A DNA stretch of 64,000 nucleotides, from positions 6,650 to 70,649 of IMG/VR virus record IMGVR_UViG_3300032093_000087; one strand, written 5' to 3'. This document shows positions 10,176 to 19,579 of this stretch, piece by piece. Under the pieces are notes generated by a model. It saw only the letters and a program-made list of their open reading frames with translations. It had not been told where the DNA came from and did not search any database. The DNA comes from a virus. Within the stretch, counting starts at the first letter, position 1, and each line of letters begins with the position of its first letter. A program made the position numbers and the translations under genes.

Positions 10176-10257
10176 TTCTTAATTTTCAAAGAACGTTTCG
10201 GTCATTTCCGAATTCTGATACAAATATAATATGAATTTTTCTTATTGTCAAGTATTT

Positions 10258-10986
10258 TTATAAATATTCACCAAAAAAATTCAAAAATTTTTCACCATGA
10301 CTTATTTTACAGTGTTTTGTGAACTTAATATCCCTGGTTACACCGATCATATTCATTTTTGAATCAACTGAGGATGTACCAAAATAAACACCATCATGGT
10401 ATGTATTATAATTATTATTTCTATTTGAAATTTTGTCCCAGAACAAAATAAAGTTATTTAACTTTTCGTTATTCTTAAAAATAACCCTAGTCTCATTCGG
10501 ATTTGGTGACCTATCCAATTCTGGGTAATATAGATCTCCGAACTCATTGGTAACCTTGTCTTGGAAATGACTGTAGTTTCTCCTTAGATCACCTAATTGT
10601 GGATGTACGTGTGAGACGTAAGCTACATCAAAATCTCTCGAACAAAACTCAATAAAACTTTCATGGTCCCATCCGTCAATAAAACAATCACAATCATTAT
10701 AGAATACCACGTCATATCCTAACTCTTTTGCTAGGAATATTGATTTTCTTTTTATGTGCATATTAAAAAGACCGGCGGAAACCACCGGTTCTTTAAATTT
10801 ATCATCGTAATTAATTAGTTTAACCCTATCAGTGGACAAATCCTGTAACTGGTCCATCCTATTGGTTAATACGATAATATCGTAGTTGGTGAACTCAATA
10901 TGTGAATTTATTAGATCACGACATTTTTCAGTATACCTAGACCCCTCTTTAGTCTCAACACACAGTGTTGTCACACATATGTTCAT
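10258..10986 (-). CDS. Putative glycosyltransferase-like protein
   Basis: GT-A-like DxD motif in VFYNDCDCF. Confidence 0.45.
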   Translation of the reverse strand: MNICVTTLCVETKEGSRYTEKCRDLINSHIEFTNYDIIVLTNRMDQLQDLSTDRVKLINYDDKFKEPVVSAGLFNMHIKRKSIFLAKELGYDVVFYNDCDCFIDGWDHESFIEFCSRDFDVAYVSHVHPQLGDLRRNYSHFQDKVTNEFGDLYYPELDRSPNPNETRVIFKNNEKLNNFILFWDKISNRNNNYNTYHDGVYFGTSSVDSKMNMIGVTRDIKFTKHCKISHGEKFLNFFGEYL

Positions 10987-10988
10987 AA

Positions 10989-11138
10989 TTAATATTTTTC
11001 TACGTATACATGTTCGGTACCATACTTAGTCGCTTGATTGTGAGCGAACTCAGCACTTGGTGTGTGGTACTTCATACCGTTAGATCCGAAATAGTAAAAA
11101 ATAATGTTCTCAATGGCAACAGTTTCTTGTTCTGACAT
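10989..11138 (-). CDS. Small hypothetical protein (49 aa), not in the ORF track
   Basis: MSEQETVAIE...VYVEKY, downstream of a TAnnTTTG box at 11162-11169. Confidence 0.55.
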   Translation of the reverse strand: MSEQETVAIENIIFYYFGSNGMKYHTPSAEFAHNQATKYGTEHVYVEKY

Positions 11139-11195
11139 ATTAATAAGTTTTAAATTTGATACAAATATAACTGATAAAAATTTAAAAACAAAATT

Positions 11196-12314
11196 TTATA
11201 ATAATTTTTTAAGTATTTTTTTGATTTCGTTAACATTCTCAGTTACCTCAGAAGTTTCTTTGGGTGTCATCATTTTACCGAAAGACCCAAATAGATCAAA
11301 AAGAGTCGCGTTACCACCTTGGCCAAAAAATCCAGAATAAGCGTCATCGTAGGTTGACTTTGTATCCCCACTTGTGGATTCCCCACCTTCATCAGAAGAT
11401 TCAGAAGCTTTACCGGAACCTTTTAATAATGTCCCATCTACCGACAAATACTCCTTAATATGTTTTTTATCGTCAATACCAATATGTACGTGGGTTATTG
11501 TAGGAGCTGAGTCCCACTCACTTATCTCACCAACTAAATCACCAACATTTATCTCATCACCAACATTTAGTTTCACATTTTTTAAGTGTGTGTAAAATGT
11601 ATTTGGGTATCCTTCGGTTCCTGTAATTGACACCTGAGTACCAAAAACTTTACCGGTAGTTTTATTGGTTACTTTTACTTTTTTGACTTTACCAGGTAAT
11701 ATGGCGTAAACCTTTGTACCAGGTTTAGCAAATATATCCCAAGCGTTATCTGATTCCCAATTACCAAAAGCTCTAGCTCCATGGTTTTTTGGTCCATTCT
11801 CATAACCAGAATTCTTATTATCACCCCAACCAGGTTTAATGTCCCCAAAAATTTTAGGTAATGTTTTAGATACTACTTCATCACCCCCTTCAGTATCACC
11901 CCCTTCAGTATCACCTCCTTCAGTTTTATCATCGGATGTGGACTTACACAATTCTGGAATTCGACCAATTAAAGTCTCAAGTTTTGTTAAATCGGTTTTG
12001 TCTTCCGGATGACAAGTTAACATAGATTTAGCTGATTGTATACCATTTTTAGCTTCATCAATCTCACTTAATTTTGAACAAGCTTTATTTGGATCAATCG
12101 CTCTCAGGTCCTTCTCCTTATTTTCAATTTGAGTTTTAACAAACCCCGAATGTCTATTTTTTAAAGTTGACAATATTGATAACGCTTCGGTTTTGACCTT
12201 TGTTATCTCGTCAACTTTAGATTCGTTTAATAGATATTCTTTACCCTTTAAGAATTTAGTCTCAAGTAATAAATTAGATTTTGTTAAATTTTCACGTTTT
12301 GAGTTATGTCTCAT
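11196..12314 (-). CDS. M23 family peptidase domain protein
   Basis: NAWDIFAKPGTKVYA, TFYTHL and THVHIG M23 motifs; (GGDTE) linker repeats. Confidence 0.85.
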   Translation of the reverse strand: MRHNSKRENLTKSNLLLETKFLKGKEYLLNESKVDEITKVKTEALSILSTLKNRHSGFVKTQIENKEKDLRAIDPNKACSKLSEIDEAKNGIQSAKSMLTCHPEDKTDLTKLETLIGRIPELCKSTSDDKTEGGDTEGGDTEGGDEVVSKTLPKIFGDIKPGWGDNKNSGYENGPKNHGARAFGNWESDNAWDIFAKPGTKVYAILPGKVKKVKVTNKTTGKVFGTQVSITGTEGYPNTFYTHLKNVKLNVGDEINVGDLVGEISEWDSAPTITHVHIGIDDKKHIKEYLSVDGTLLKGSGKASESSDEGGESTSGDTKSTYDDAYSGFFGQGGNATLFDLFGSFGKMMTPKETSEVTENVNEIKKILKKLL

Positions 12315-12340
12315 TTGAATTGATATATCTTATAAATATA

Positions 12341-12817
12341 TCATTGGGGTAAAAACCACTCCGGTTTGTTTCTATTTCTCCAGGTTGTAAAACCAGACTT
12401 AGCTCCTATGTAGTATTTACGATATGATTCAATTACGGAATCAACCTTATATTCATCTGGCATTGCTTTTGGTGGATCTGTAAACCCACTATCCGGAATA
12501 CCTGGTTTATTAATTATACACCACTCAATAATCTCCTGGGATTTATGACGTTTACCGTATCTGTACGTGTACTCACGACATAGTTCTAATCCAAGATCAC
12601 ACAGATAAAAATAATTTGATAAACTTTCCCTAGACCATATAGCACACGGGTGATTTTTATGGGACAATTTATAGGGGATATCGTCAGTATTGTCTTTAGT
12701 CATGTGATGAACACCACATAGGAGTTGTGCGGTCTCCAAAATCATTTTTACCACATGTTTATCACAATGGTATGTAGCACATTTTTTTGTGTCGAAGTCT
12801 AAAAAGAAAATATTCAT
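12341..12817 (-). CDS. Pyrimidine-dimer DNA glycosylase / endonuclease V-like family protein
   Basis: MNIFFLD..HCDKHVVKMILETAQLL..HKNHPCAIW..EYTYRYGKRHK..AMPDEYK signature. Confidence 0.75.
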   Translation of the reverse strand: MNIFFLDFDTKKCATYHCDKHVVKMILETAQLLCGVHHMTKDNTDDIPYKLSHKNHPCAIWSRESLSNYFYLCDLGLELCREYTYRYGKRHKSQEIIEWCIINKPGIPDSGFTDPPKAMPDEYKVDSVIESYRKYYIGAKSGFTTWRNRNKPEWFLPQ

Positions 12818-12874
12818 AAAACTAATTTACTGGATATAAACCAATAAAACAAATTTTATTAAATATTTTTTATA

Positions 12875-13486
12875 TTAATTCTCAAGATGTGAGATCAGAA
12901 CACCCCCAACGGATGTCGCGTGAACCTGAAGGTGATTAATACTTTCCATATCTAATTTAGATTTTTTCTTAGTGTAGTCCACACCAAGAATACCTATGAA
13001 TTTTTCATCTATTGTTTTAATTGAGAATAGGTACCCGGACTTACACCCACTTTCTTCCGCTACATATTTTAATCCAAAAGTAGCTATGGTTTCATTTTTA
13101 AAGTCGGAAATTTCGATCGTATCGTTTTGTAGGAGTTCATTTATAGCTTTTGAAAACAGATTAACCGGAATATTATGGAAATTACTCTGTATTGACGTTG
13201 TCCCCAGATTAACGGTTTCGTATATTATTGAGAATTTAGCCATTGACTTACCGGTTGGGTAAAAATTTCCTCCGTTGTGGAATTGAGCTATCCAAACTCT
13301 GTCAGCGTGAAACTCTTCTTTTATATGTTCAATTTTTTGTGTTATTAATTCACTAACTCTGAGTGTATCTCTTACCATATCTGGTTTTTTCTTTCTTGAT
13401 TCTAACCAATTTCTAACAAAAATTACTAAAATTGGTCCTAAAACACCGGTAATAAAAGCTACCGAAATCATCATGAAGTTCTCCAT
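12875..13486 (-). CDS. Membrane-anchored GAF-like protein (architecture like T4 holin T)
   Basis: N-terminal TM helix, then ADRVWIAQFHNG...FIGILGVDY GAF-like core; next to lysis genes. Confidence 0.55.
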   Translation of the reverse strand: MENFMMISVAFITGVLGPILVIFVRNWLESRKKKPDMVRDTLRVSELITQKIEHIKEEFHADRVWIAQFHNGGNFYPTGKSMAKFSIIYETVNLGTTSIQSNFHNIPVNLFSKAINELLQNDTIEISDFKNETIATFGLKYVAEESGCKSGYLFSIKTIDEKFIGILGVDYTKKKSKLDMESINHLQVHATSVGGVLISHLEN

Positions 13487-13586
13487 TTGTTTTTTATTTG
13501 ATAAATATATTTAAGTGTGTAAAAATACGTATGTTTAAAAATAAAAAACCCCCATTTTAGGTGGGGGTTCACAAAAAATGTATTGG

Positions 13587-13757
13587 TTATTTTACTTTCT
13601 CAATAACAGACCAGATAGATCCCGCTAATGTTATTACACCACCGACAACTTCAGTTACGACTGTTTCATCAATAAGACCTCTCATTACCAAAATACCACC
13701 AACAAACGTTAACGCGTGTCTTACGATACCTAGTACTTGTTCTTTTGTTAATTTCAT
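13587..13757 (-). CDS. Small putative holin (56 aa), not in the ORF track
   Basis: MKLTKEQVLGIVRHALTFVGGILVMRG...VVGGVITLAGSIWSVIEKVK; two hydrophobic helices and a basic C-terminus. Confidence 0.6.
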   Translation of the reverse strand: MKLTKEQVLGIVRHALTFVGGILVMRGLIDETVVTEVVGGVITLAGSIWSVIEKVK

Positions 13758-13839
13758 AAAATTTGTTTTTATAATGTTTATTTAAATATAAATATAAAAA
13801 AACTTAAAAAAATGTCAATCACTAATTGATTTGGTTACT

Positions 13840-15051
13840 TTACTGGATGTATACCGCTTGTCCAGATTCGGGTGAAGACGGTGAAGATGGTGGAGGAGGT
13901 ACCGGTGTGTCATTAACCTCCGGAGTACTAATAGTTGATATTGTAAGTTTACCTTCTTTAGGTTTAAGTGCTAAAAAATAAAAAGTCGTTAAATCTTCAA
14001 TTTCAAGTAACATTTTACTTTTTTTGAATATTTTTTCGGTAATTGTTAAAGTATCGCTATTATTTTCTTTGTCAATATCCGCTGTTGTTTTATTTAAATC
14101 GGACAGTAAGTTAAAATTTACGTATATTGTATCGGACTCACGTTTAGCAAATGAAAAATTAGAAAATAGTTGTTCAACGTTTTTACTTGATAATTCACCA
14201 ATAAATATTCTACCTGTTAGGTACATATTAAGACTTTTGGCAACTTCAGTGGTATTTTTCTTAAATGTTGATGGTGTATACTGTCCCTTAGCGGTTAAAA
14301 AGTTAAAGTATGGGGAGGATATCTTACCTTCTTTAACCTTTGACATAAATTTATCTAGTAAACTTTTAGGATCATCCATAGGACCAGCTCCAATAGCGGT
14401 TCTAAGTACACTAAGTCTAGAAAATTGATCCTTATCATTTATTATGTAGTTTTTTTCGTAATCGTCTCTATTGTAATTGTCATGTGTTTTTAAATATATA
14501 TTTTCACCATTAACCCTAAAATAAGAATCTATTATGTGACCCATTTCATGGTGGATAACATCGTACAAACTGTTTAAATAATTTTTACCATCATGTAATT
14601 GATAAACATTAATATTTATTACACCCCACTTATCACCTAAAAGTTTAACGTCACTCTCAACCGAAGGTACCATAACCCAAGCGATTGATTTTGGTTTTGG
14701 TGATTTTGAGGGATCTGTATAATAAGTTATTGGTTTACTTAGTAACTTATCTAAAAATGATGGTAACGTTTTGAGTAAACTTTTTTTGGTTATTTTCTTT
14801 TGTGTTTCTGGTTTATTATACCAGTTTTTGTATATCGTAACTGAATTTGATAATTGTAGTTTTGCCGCGTCCTGTATTGATTTTATAAGTACGTTATTTT
14901 CGGTTGGGAACGATGTGTTTATTTCATTCTTCACATTTACATTACAAAAATCACTGGAATCCCCAAAATTGTCGGTGGATCCACTGATCTGTTCACTCAC
15001 TAAGTTTACGAGTTTATTTAATTGATATTCACTTATTATTATTTTTCCCAT
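13840..15051 (-). CDS. Leader-family protein with zincin motif
   Basis: N-terminal MGKIIISEYQL; HHEMGH HExxH motif. Confidence 0.65.
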   Translation of the reverse strand: MGKIIISEYQLNKLVNLVSEQISGSTDNFGDSSDFCNVNVKNEINTSFPTENNVLIKSIQDAAKLQLSNSVTIYKNWYNKPETQKKITKKSLLKTLPSFLDKLLSKPITYYTDPSKSPKPKSIAWVMVPSVESDVKLLGDKWGVININVYQLHDGKNYLNSLYDVIHHEMGHIIDSYFRVNGENIYLKTHDNYNRDDYEKNYIINDKDQFSRLSVLRTAIGAGPMDDPKSLLDKFMSKVKEGKISSPYFNFLTAKGQYTPSTFKKNTTEVAKSLNMYLTGRIFIGELSSKNVEQLFSNFSFAKRESDTIYVNFNLLSDLNKTTADIDKENNSDTLTITEKIFKKSKMLLEIEDLTTFYFLALKPKEGKLTISTISTPEVNDTPVPPPPSSPSSPESGQAVYIQ

Positions 15052-15158
15052 GAAGTTACTAATAACTATAAATATTAAATTAATTAAAAAGATTAACAGA
15101 ACTTCCCTTTCTTTATTTTTTAATAATTTAACCTATAATTATATATAAATATATTATT

Positions 15159-16037
15159 ATGGAAACATTAAAAAAAGGTAGCAAAGGAGAATCAGTAAAA
15201 GTATTACAGGAGTTCTTAAAAATAACTGTTGATGGTAACTTTGGTCCTAAAACTGAAAGTGCTGTTAAATCATACCAGAAAAAAAATGGACTGATCGTTG
15301 ATGGAGTTGTTGGACCCAAAACTTGGGCACACATGGGTATTCTAACCACGGATAACGCTGAGAATAGTGAGGTAGTAAACGCTCTTCAAATTAAAAAATA
15401 TTGGATGCCGGAAAATACATATTTTAAAGGTCCGGTACCCAAAAATTGGATATTTCTACACCACACAGCTGGTGGACCTAACCCATACCAGGTAGCTGAT
15501 ATGTGGGCTAGAGATAATCGTGGTAACGTAGCTACAGAATACATCTTAGGTGGTCAAAACGTATCAAACGGTAATAATAAATTTGATGGTGAACTAATCC
15601 AATGTTTTCCTGAAGGTGGGTATGGTTGGCATACCGGAACCGGTAATTCAGTAATGCACAGAAATTCAGTTGGTATTGAGGTTTGTAGTATGGGTCAAAT
15701 TGTAAATGGTAAAACTTATGTGAATACCCCAGCTGACTCATCACAGATAATTAAATTGGCAAAACCATTTAGAGGGTACCAGTACTGGCACAACTATTCC
15801 GATAGTCAGATCATATCCTTAAAAAATTGGATATTATTTATTTCAAACAAATACAATATTGATCCTAGAGTTGGATTAGTTCAATGGGTTAAAGAGAAGG
15901 GTGCTGACGGGTTTGATGTTTTGGATTTAACAAAAGCTAATTCAACCCCAGGTATGTACTCACACACAAACGTGATTAGAGGTAAAGTGGACATGTACCC
16001 ACATCCAGATTTAATTGATATGTTATTAAGTTTATAA
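15159..16037 (+). CDS. Endolysin: peptidoglycan-binding domain plus N-acetylmuramoyl-L-alanine amidase
   Basis: LKKGSKG..V..LQ...DG.FGPKT...DGVVGPKTW PG-binding domain; FLHHTAG, GWHTG, SVGIEV, SH...K.D amidase_2 motifs. Confidence 0.9.
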   Translation: METLKKGSKGESVKVLQEFLKITVDGNFGPKTESAVKSYQKKNGLIVDGVVGPKTWAHMGILTTDNAENSEVVNALQIKKYWMPENTYFKGPVPKNWIFLHHTAGGPNPYQVADMWARDNRGNVATEYILGGQNVSNGNNKFDGELIQCFPEGGYGWHTGTGNSVMHRNSVGIEVCSMGQIVNGKTYVNTPADSSQIIKLAKPFRGYQYWHNYSDSQIISLKNWILFISNKYNIDPRVGLVQWVKEKGADGFDVLDLTKANSTPGMYSHTNVIRGKVDMYPHPDLIDMLLSL

Positions 16038-16039
16038 TT

Positions 16040-16648
16040 ATGTGTTACACTAGAAGTCAAATAGAAACAGCTGTAAAATCAAAAGGATACGTTTGGTTTT
16101 CAGACCCCAATAAAAAAGGGTATGATGTGAACATAATTGGTGTTAGAAATAATTCACCAAGTGTCGCTGATAAAGTAACAAATGTTTTTGATGATTGTCT
16201 AACACTATCATTTTTTGACGAAAGGGGTGTTGAACAATTCTACTGTTGGATGGCAACAACTGATCCTGGTAAAAAGGGTGTACAACAATTTCATAATAAA
16301 AATGGTGTAGCTAGATTAATACCTGGACAATATAGGGGGGTATATTCTATAGACAAACATCAAGGTAAGTATGACGCTTTATGTCAAAGACTCGGAAATG
16401 TAAAGGTATTTAGAGATTCAAATAGAGATTTAGTTTTTGAGGAAGTTAAAATTGATACCGGTATGTTTGGTATTAATATTCACAAAGCTGGTCAAGACTC
16501 TACCTGGGTTGAAAATTGGTCTGAGGGATGTCAAGTTTTTAAACGTGTTAAGGATTTTGACGTGTTCATGTCAATATGTAAAAAAGCCATGAAGATATGG
16601 GGTAATAAATTTACCTACACACTTATTGAATCCACGGATATTAAGTAA
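16040..16648 (+). CDS. Putative L,D-transpeptidase-fold cell-wall enzyme
   Basis: GINIHKAG...WSEGCQV resembles the YkuD His...SxGC catalytic motif; follows the endolysin directly. Confidence 0.5.
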   Translation: MCYTRSQIETAVKSKGYVWFSDPNKKGYDVNIIGVRNNSPSVADKVTNVFDDCLTLSFFDERGVEQFYCWMATTDPGKKGVQQFHNKNGVARLIPGQYRGVYSIDKHQGKYDALCQRLGNVKVFRDSNRDLVFEEVKIDTGMFGINIHKAGQDSTWVENWSEGCQVFKRVKDFDVFMSICKKAMKIWGNKFTYTLIESTDIK

Positions 16649-16929
16649 ATTAGTCTTTCTTATACGTAATGTAAGAAATTACAAAAATACTAAATATAAC
16701 CAGTGGTGTGATGATTGAAACTATGATTTCACTTTCCATATTCTTTTTATTTTAAGACGAATAAAGTCGTTGTTGGTAGAATTAGATGAATAAAAACATG
16801 TTGTGTATTATCATACATCTTATGTTGATTATTATTAATTAATTTTTTCATTATAAGCTATGAAAATACTGATCATGAATATAATAGTAAAAAAACCAAT
16901 AATAATTAAACCCATATTTTTATTTTTTG

Positions 16930-17003
16930 TGGTCCTTGTTGGGATCGAACCAACCACCTACTGATTATGAGTCAGTTGCTCTAACCGAATGAGCTAAAGG
17001 ACC
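16930..17003 (-). tRNA. tRNA with CAT anticodon, Ile2-type
   Basis: GGTCCTTTAGCTCA...CTGA-CTCATAA-TCAG...GGTTCGATCC...GGACCA cloverleaf; CCA not encoded. Confidence 0.85.
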
Positions 17004-17007
17004 TTTG

Positions 17008-17085
17008 ATGTTAGGGTGGGATTCGAACCCACAATGAGAAACCTTTTAACAGGATTCGGCACCTAGCCTCATTACACTCCTAACA
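17008..17085 (-). tRNA. Aberrant tRNA-like element (pseudo-tRNA), anticodon unclear
   Basis: Acceptor TGTTAGG/CCTAACA and perfect T-arm GTGGG-TTCGAAT-CCCAC; D and anticodon arms irregular. Confidence 0.5.
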
Positions 17086-17226
17086 AACACGACTCTTCAG
17101 CTTTCTACTCCCAGCACCGAGGAATTGTATATAACTTAGCCCATCTCACCGCTGTGTGGGAACTGAAGTTTATCGTCTTTTTCTTATTACAAATATAAAC
17201 AAGTTAGACACTGTCTAACTTATTTG

Positions 17227-17310
17227 TACTCGGAGCCGGAGTCGAACCGGCACGGACAAATGTCCACAGGATTTTAAGTCCGGCGTGTCTACCAATTCCA
17301 CCACCCGAGC
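17227..17310 (-). tRNA. tRNA-Leu(TAA)
   Basis: GCTCGGGTGGTGGAATTGGTAGAC...CTTAAAA loop, long variable arm, TTCGA T-loop. Confidence 0.95.
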
Positions 17311-17387
17311 AAATTTATTCGTTTTTTCTTTTCCTTATGAGTAATATAAACCCAAAAAATGTAATAAATAATAATAGTTCCATATTG

Positions 17388-17459
17388 CGGTCCATCCGGG
17401 AATCGAACCCGAAGCACATCCGTGACAGGGATGTATGTTAGCCGTTACACTAATGGACC
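17388..17459 (-). tRNA. tRNA-Asp(GTC)
   Basis: Cloverleaf with CATCC-CTGTCAC-GGATG anticodon arm. Confidence 0.95.
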
Positions 17460-17607
17460 AAATAAAAGATGATAAATAACTTTATCAGGAATCTCGTCAT
17501 TTAACTTCACACACCATTAGAGAGCTGGGTATTTCTACCTATCCTTAGTGTGTACCCTTGTGAACACCTCTCCGTGTTTGTTATTTTACACTTCCTATCA
17601 TCTTTTG

Positions 17608-17689
17608 TACTCAGGGAGAGACTCGAACTCTCACGTCTTTCGACAGTGGATCCTAAATCCACCGTGACTACCAATTCCACCACCCGAGT
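17608..17689 (-). tRNA. tRNA-Leu(TAG)
   Basis: GTGGA-TTTAGGA-TCCAC anticodon arm, GTCGAAAGAC variable arm. Confidence 0.95.
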
Positions 17690-17775
17690 AAATTAGATGA
17701 GTCGTGGACTTGTGTACCACTTCTGTTCCCCTTTAAATTATTAACTAACCCTGGGTGTGGGAAAACTCATCTTAG

Positions 17776-17848
17776 AGCGGAAGAAGAGACTCGAACTCTC
17801 AACAACCTCCTTGGAAGGGAGGAGCTCTACCAATTGAGCTACTTCCGC
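17776..17848 (-). tRNA. tRNA-Gly(TCC)
   Basis: GCGGAAGTAGCTCAATTGGTAGAGC...CCTCC-CTTCCAA-GGAGG. Confidence 0.95.
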
Positions 17849-18068
17849 AAGTTGTGACTACTCCTTTGGGTTTTGTTTCGTCACATTTACGTGAATGAGG
17901 TGATCAAACCTACTAACATCACGGGTGTAAGTTTATATGTCAAACTATCTCCACAACAACATCAGTTTTTATCAACAAAACTAAAAAACGACTTGACACC
18001 TTGTAACCCCCCTTTAAAGTGTGTGTTACCATCTTCTCTCAAGTAGAACTCTACTGTATACACTCCCG

Positions 18069-18149
18069 TACTGACGGTTGGATTTGAACCAACGTTTTCA
18101 ACTTACCGCTACAGGTATGGACGATATAAGCGTCCACTGGTACGTCAGT
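18069..18149 (-). tRNA. Non-canonical tRNA-like RNA (TAT or GTA anticodon reading)
   Basis: Acceptor ACTGACG/CGTCAGT, T-arm GTTGG-TTCAAAT-CCAAC, internal hairpins TGGACG-CTTATAT-CGTCCA and TACC-TGTAGC-GGTA. Confidence 0.55.
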
Positions 18150-18156
18150 ATTTTAG

Positions 18157-18229
18157 TTGCGGGAGCCAGATTCGAACTGACGATCTCGGCTTATGAGACC
18201 GAGCGGATAACCATCTTCCACATCCCGCA
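18157..18229 (-). tRNA. tRNA-Met(CAT), initiator-like
   Basis: TGCGGGA/TCCCGCA acceptor, TCGGT-CTCATAA-GCCGA anticodon arm. Confidence 0.9.
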
Positions 18230-18249
18230 ATCTTTTCATGACCAATATT

Positions 18250-18294
18250 TCAAAGAACATTACAAAATTAAGTATAATTTATTGTATTGTCAAA
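18250..18294 (-). promoter_or_regulatory. Promoter of the tRNA cluster plus boxA-like motif
   Basis: - strand: TTTGAC (18289-18294), TAATTTTG (18263-18270), GTTCTTTGA (18250-18258). Confidence 0.6.
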
Positions 18295-18333
18295 TCGTTT
18301 CGGTTATTTTTTTTTTATAAAGTATTTATGTAT

Positions 18334-19527
18334 ATGAAATTAGTGTTAACCGAATCACAATTAGACTATATTATTGAACAAACCTTTAAACCATCATCAA
18401 GACTTAGTTCTATTGGTATTGAAAGGGTACTTAAAACTTATACTAATCCGATTTCCGATGGTTATAATTACAGATTGATTAAAACCTATTCAAACCCACT
18501 CTCTAACACTCCTAATGATTCATATGGTTTAAATGATCAAAATTATGGTAGGTTTTGGTACCAAAGATTAAACCGTACAAACTCGTTAGCCTATAGAAAC
18601 GCCACCGAATCCTGGGGTGGGGATAACTCGACGTATCCATTCATCACAAATGTCGACACAATCAATAAATTAAACATTAAGTTGTTCCCACAGTCAAGTG
18701 GATCAAAAATTGATCCGAGATTATTACCTCGACAGTCCGACACAATAGATTCAAAATATGAATATATTCCGAAACAACCTAAACAAAAACCTTATGTTTC
18801 TAACTGGAGTTGGCATGACGCTGCACCAATATTACAAGTAGCGTCACTTTTTATTCCTGTTGTCGGTCCACTTCTTGCGGTTGGTATTGGTGCGTCTGAC
18901 GCTGCCGTTTATTATTCCGAGGGAAAAAATGAGGAAGCTGCTTTATCAATGATGTTATTAGCTTTACCTGGAGTTTCAAAAATACCAGGAGTTAAGGACA
19001 TCGGTAAAGATACAATAAAGTCCATAGTTTCAAAAATAGGAACATCAAAGGTTCTGACGAAACTTGAAACTAGCACGGTAGGTAAAATCGCGAAAAACGC
19101 TAAGTCTTTAAGAGACGAGATGACTAACTTTATATCATCCACATCATCAAAACCAACTGTTCAACAATCCATGAAAGCTGGTAAATCGGAAGTTCTCAAG
19201 AAAGTTAAAGATAACATTAAATCAAATGTTTTTGGTGAATATGGTGGATTTATCACAAGACCAAAAGAAGGTTTAATTGACAATATTGTTAAATACACAA
19301 AACCATATTTAAAATCACTAAAAAGTAGGTATGGTGCTCCAGTGTCTCTTAGCAGTCTAAACTCAGTAATTAAAAGTAGTGCGGATAATAAATACCTTTA
19401 CACTAAAAACGGAACTGACATTTACTGGACAAAAGCAAAAGAAAATACCCCTTGGACTAAATTTAACCCCAGTAACAACGCAAGGGTCGCTAATGTTTGG
19501 GACAACTTACCGGTAGTTACCTCCTAA
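18334..19527 (+). CDS. Leader-family protein with hydrophobic helices (start moved from 18238 to MKLVLTESQL)
   Basis: TATTTAT motif just upstream of ATG 18334; LFIPVVGPLLAVGIG...AALSMMLLALPG hydrophobic segment. Confidence 0.7.
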   Translation: MKLVLTESQLDYIIEQTFKPSSRLSSIGIERVLKTYTNPISDGYNYRLIKTYSNPLSNTPNDSYGLNDQNYGRFWYQRLNRTNSLAYRNATESWGGDNSTYPFITNVDTINKLNIKLFPQSSGSKIDPRLLPRQSDTIDSKYEYIPKQPKQKPYVSNWSWHDAAPILQVASLFIPVVGPLLAVGIGASDAAVYYSEGKNEEAALSMMLLALPGVSKIPGVKDIGKDTIKSIVSKIGTSKVLTKLETSTVGKIAKNAKSLRDEMTNFISSTSSKPTVQQSMKAGKSEVLKKVKDNIKSNVFGEYGGFITRPKEGLIDNIVKYTKPYLKSLKSRYGAPVSLSSLNSVIKSSADNKYLYTKNGTDIYWTKAKENTPWTKFNPSNNARVANVWDNLPVVTS

Positions 19528-19579
19528 ATAAAAAAACCCGGACAAAATCCGGGCCTGTATTTGGTTATGTAAAATCCTA

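Noticed and set aside
18078-18320. 80-aa + strand ORF (likewise 21506..21691)
   Set aside because: Antisense to tRNA genes; spurious.
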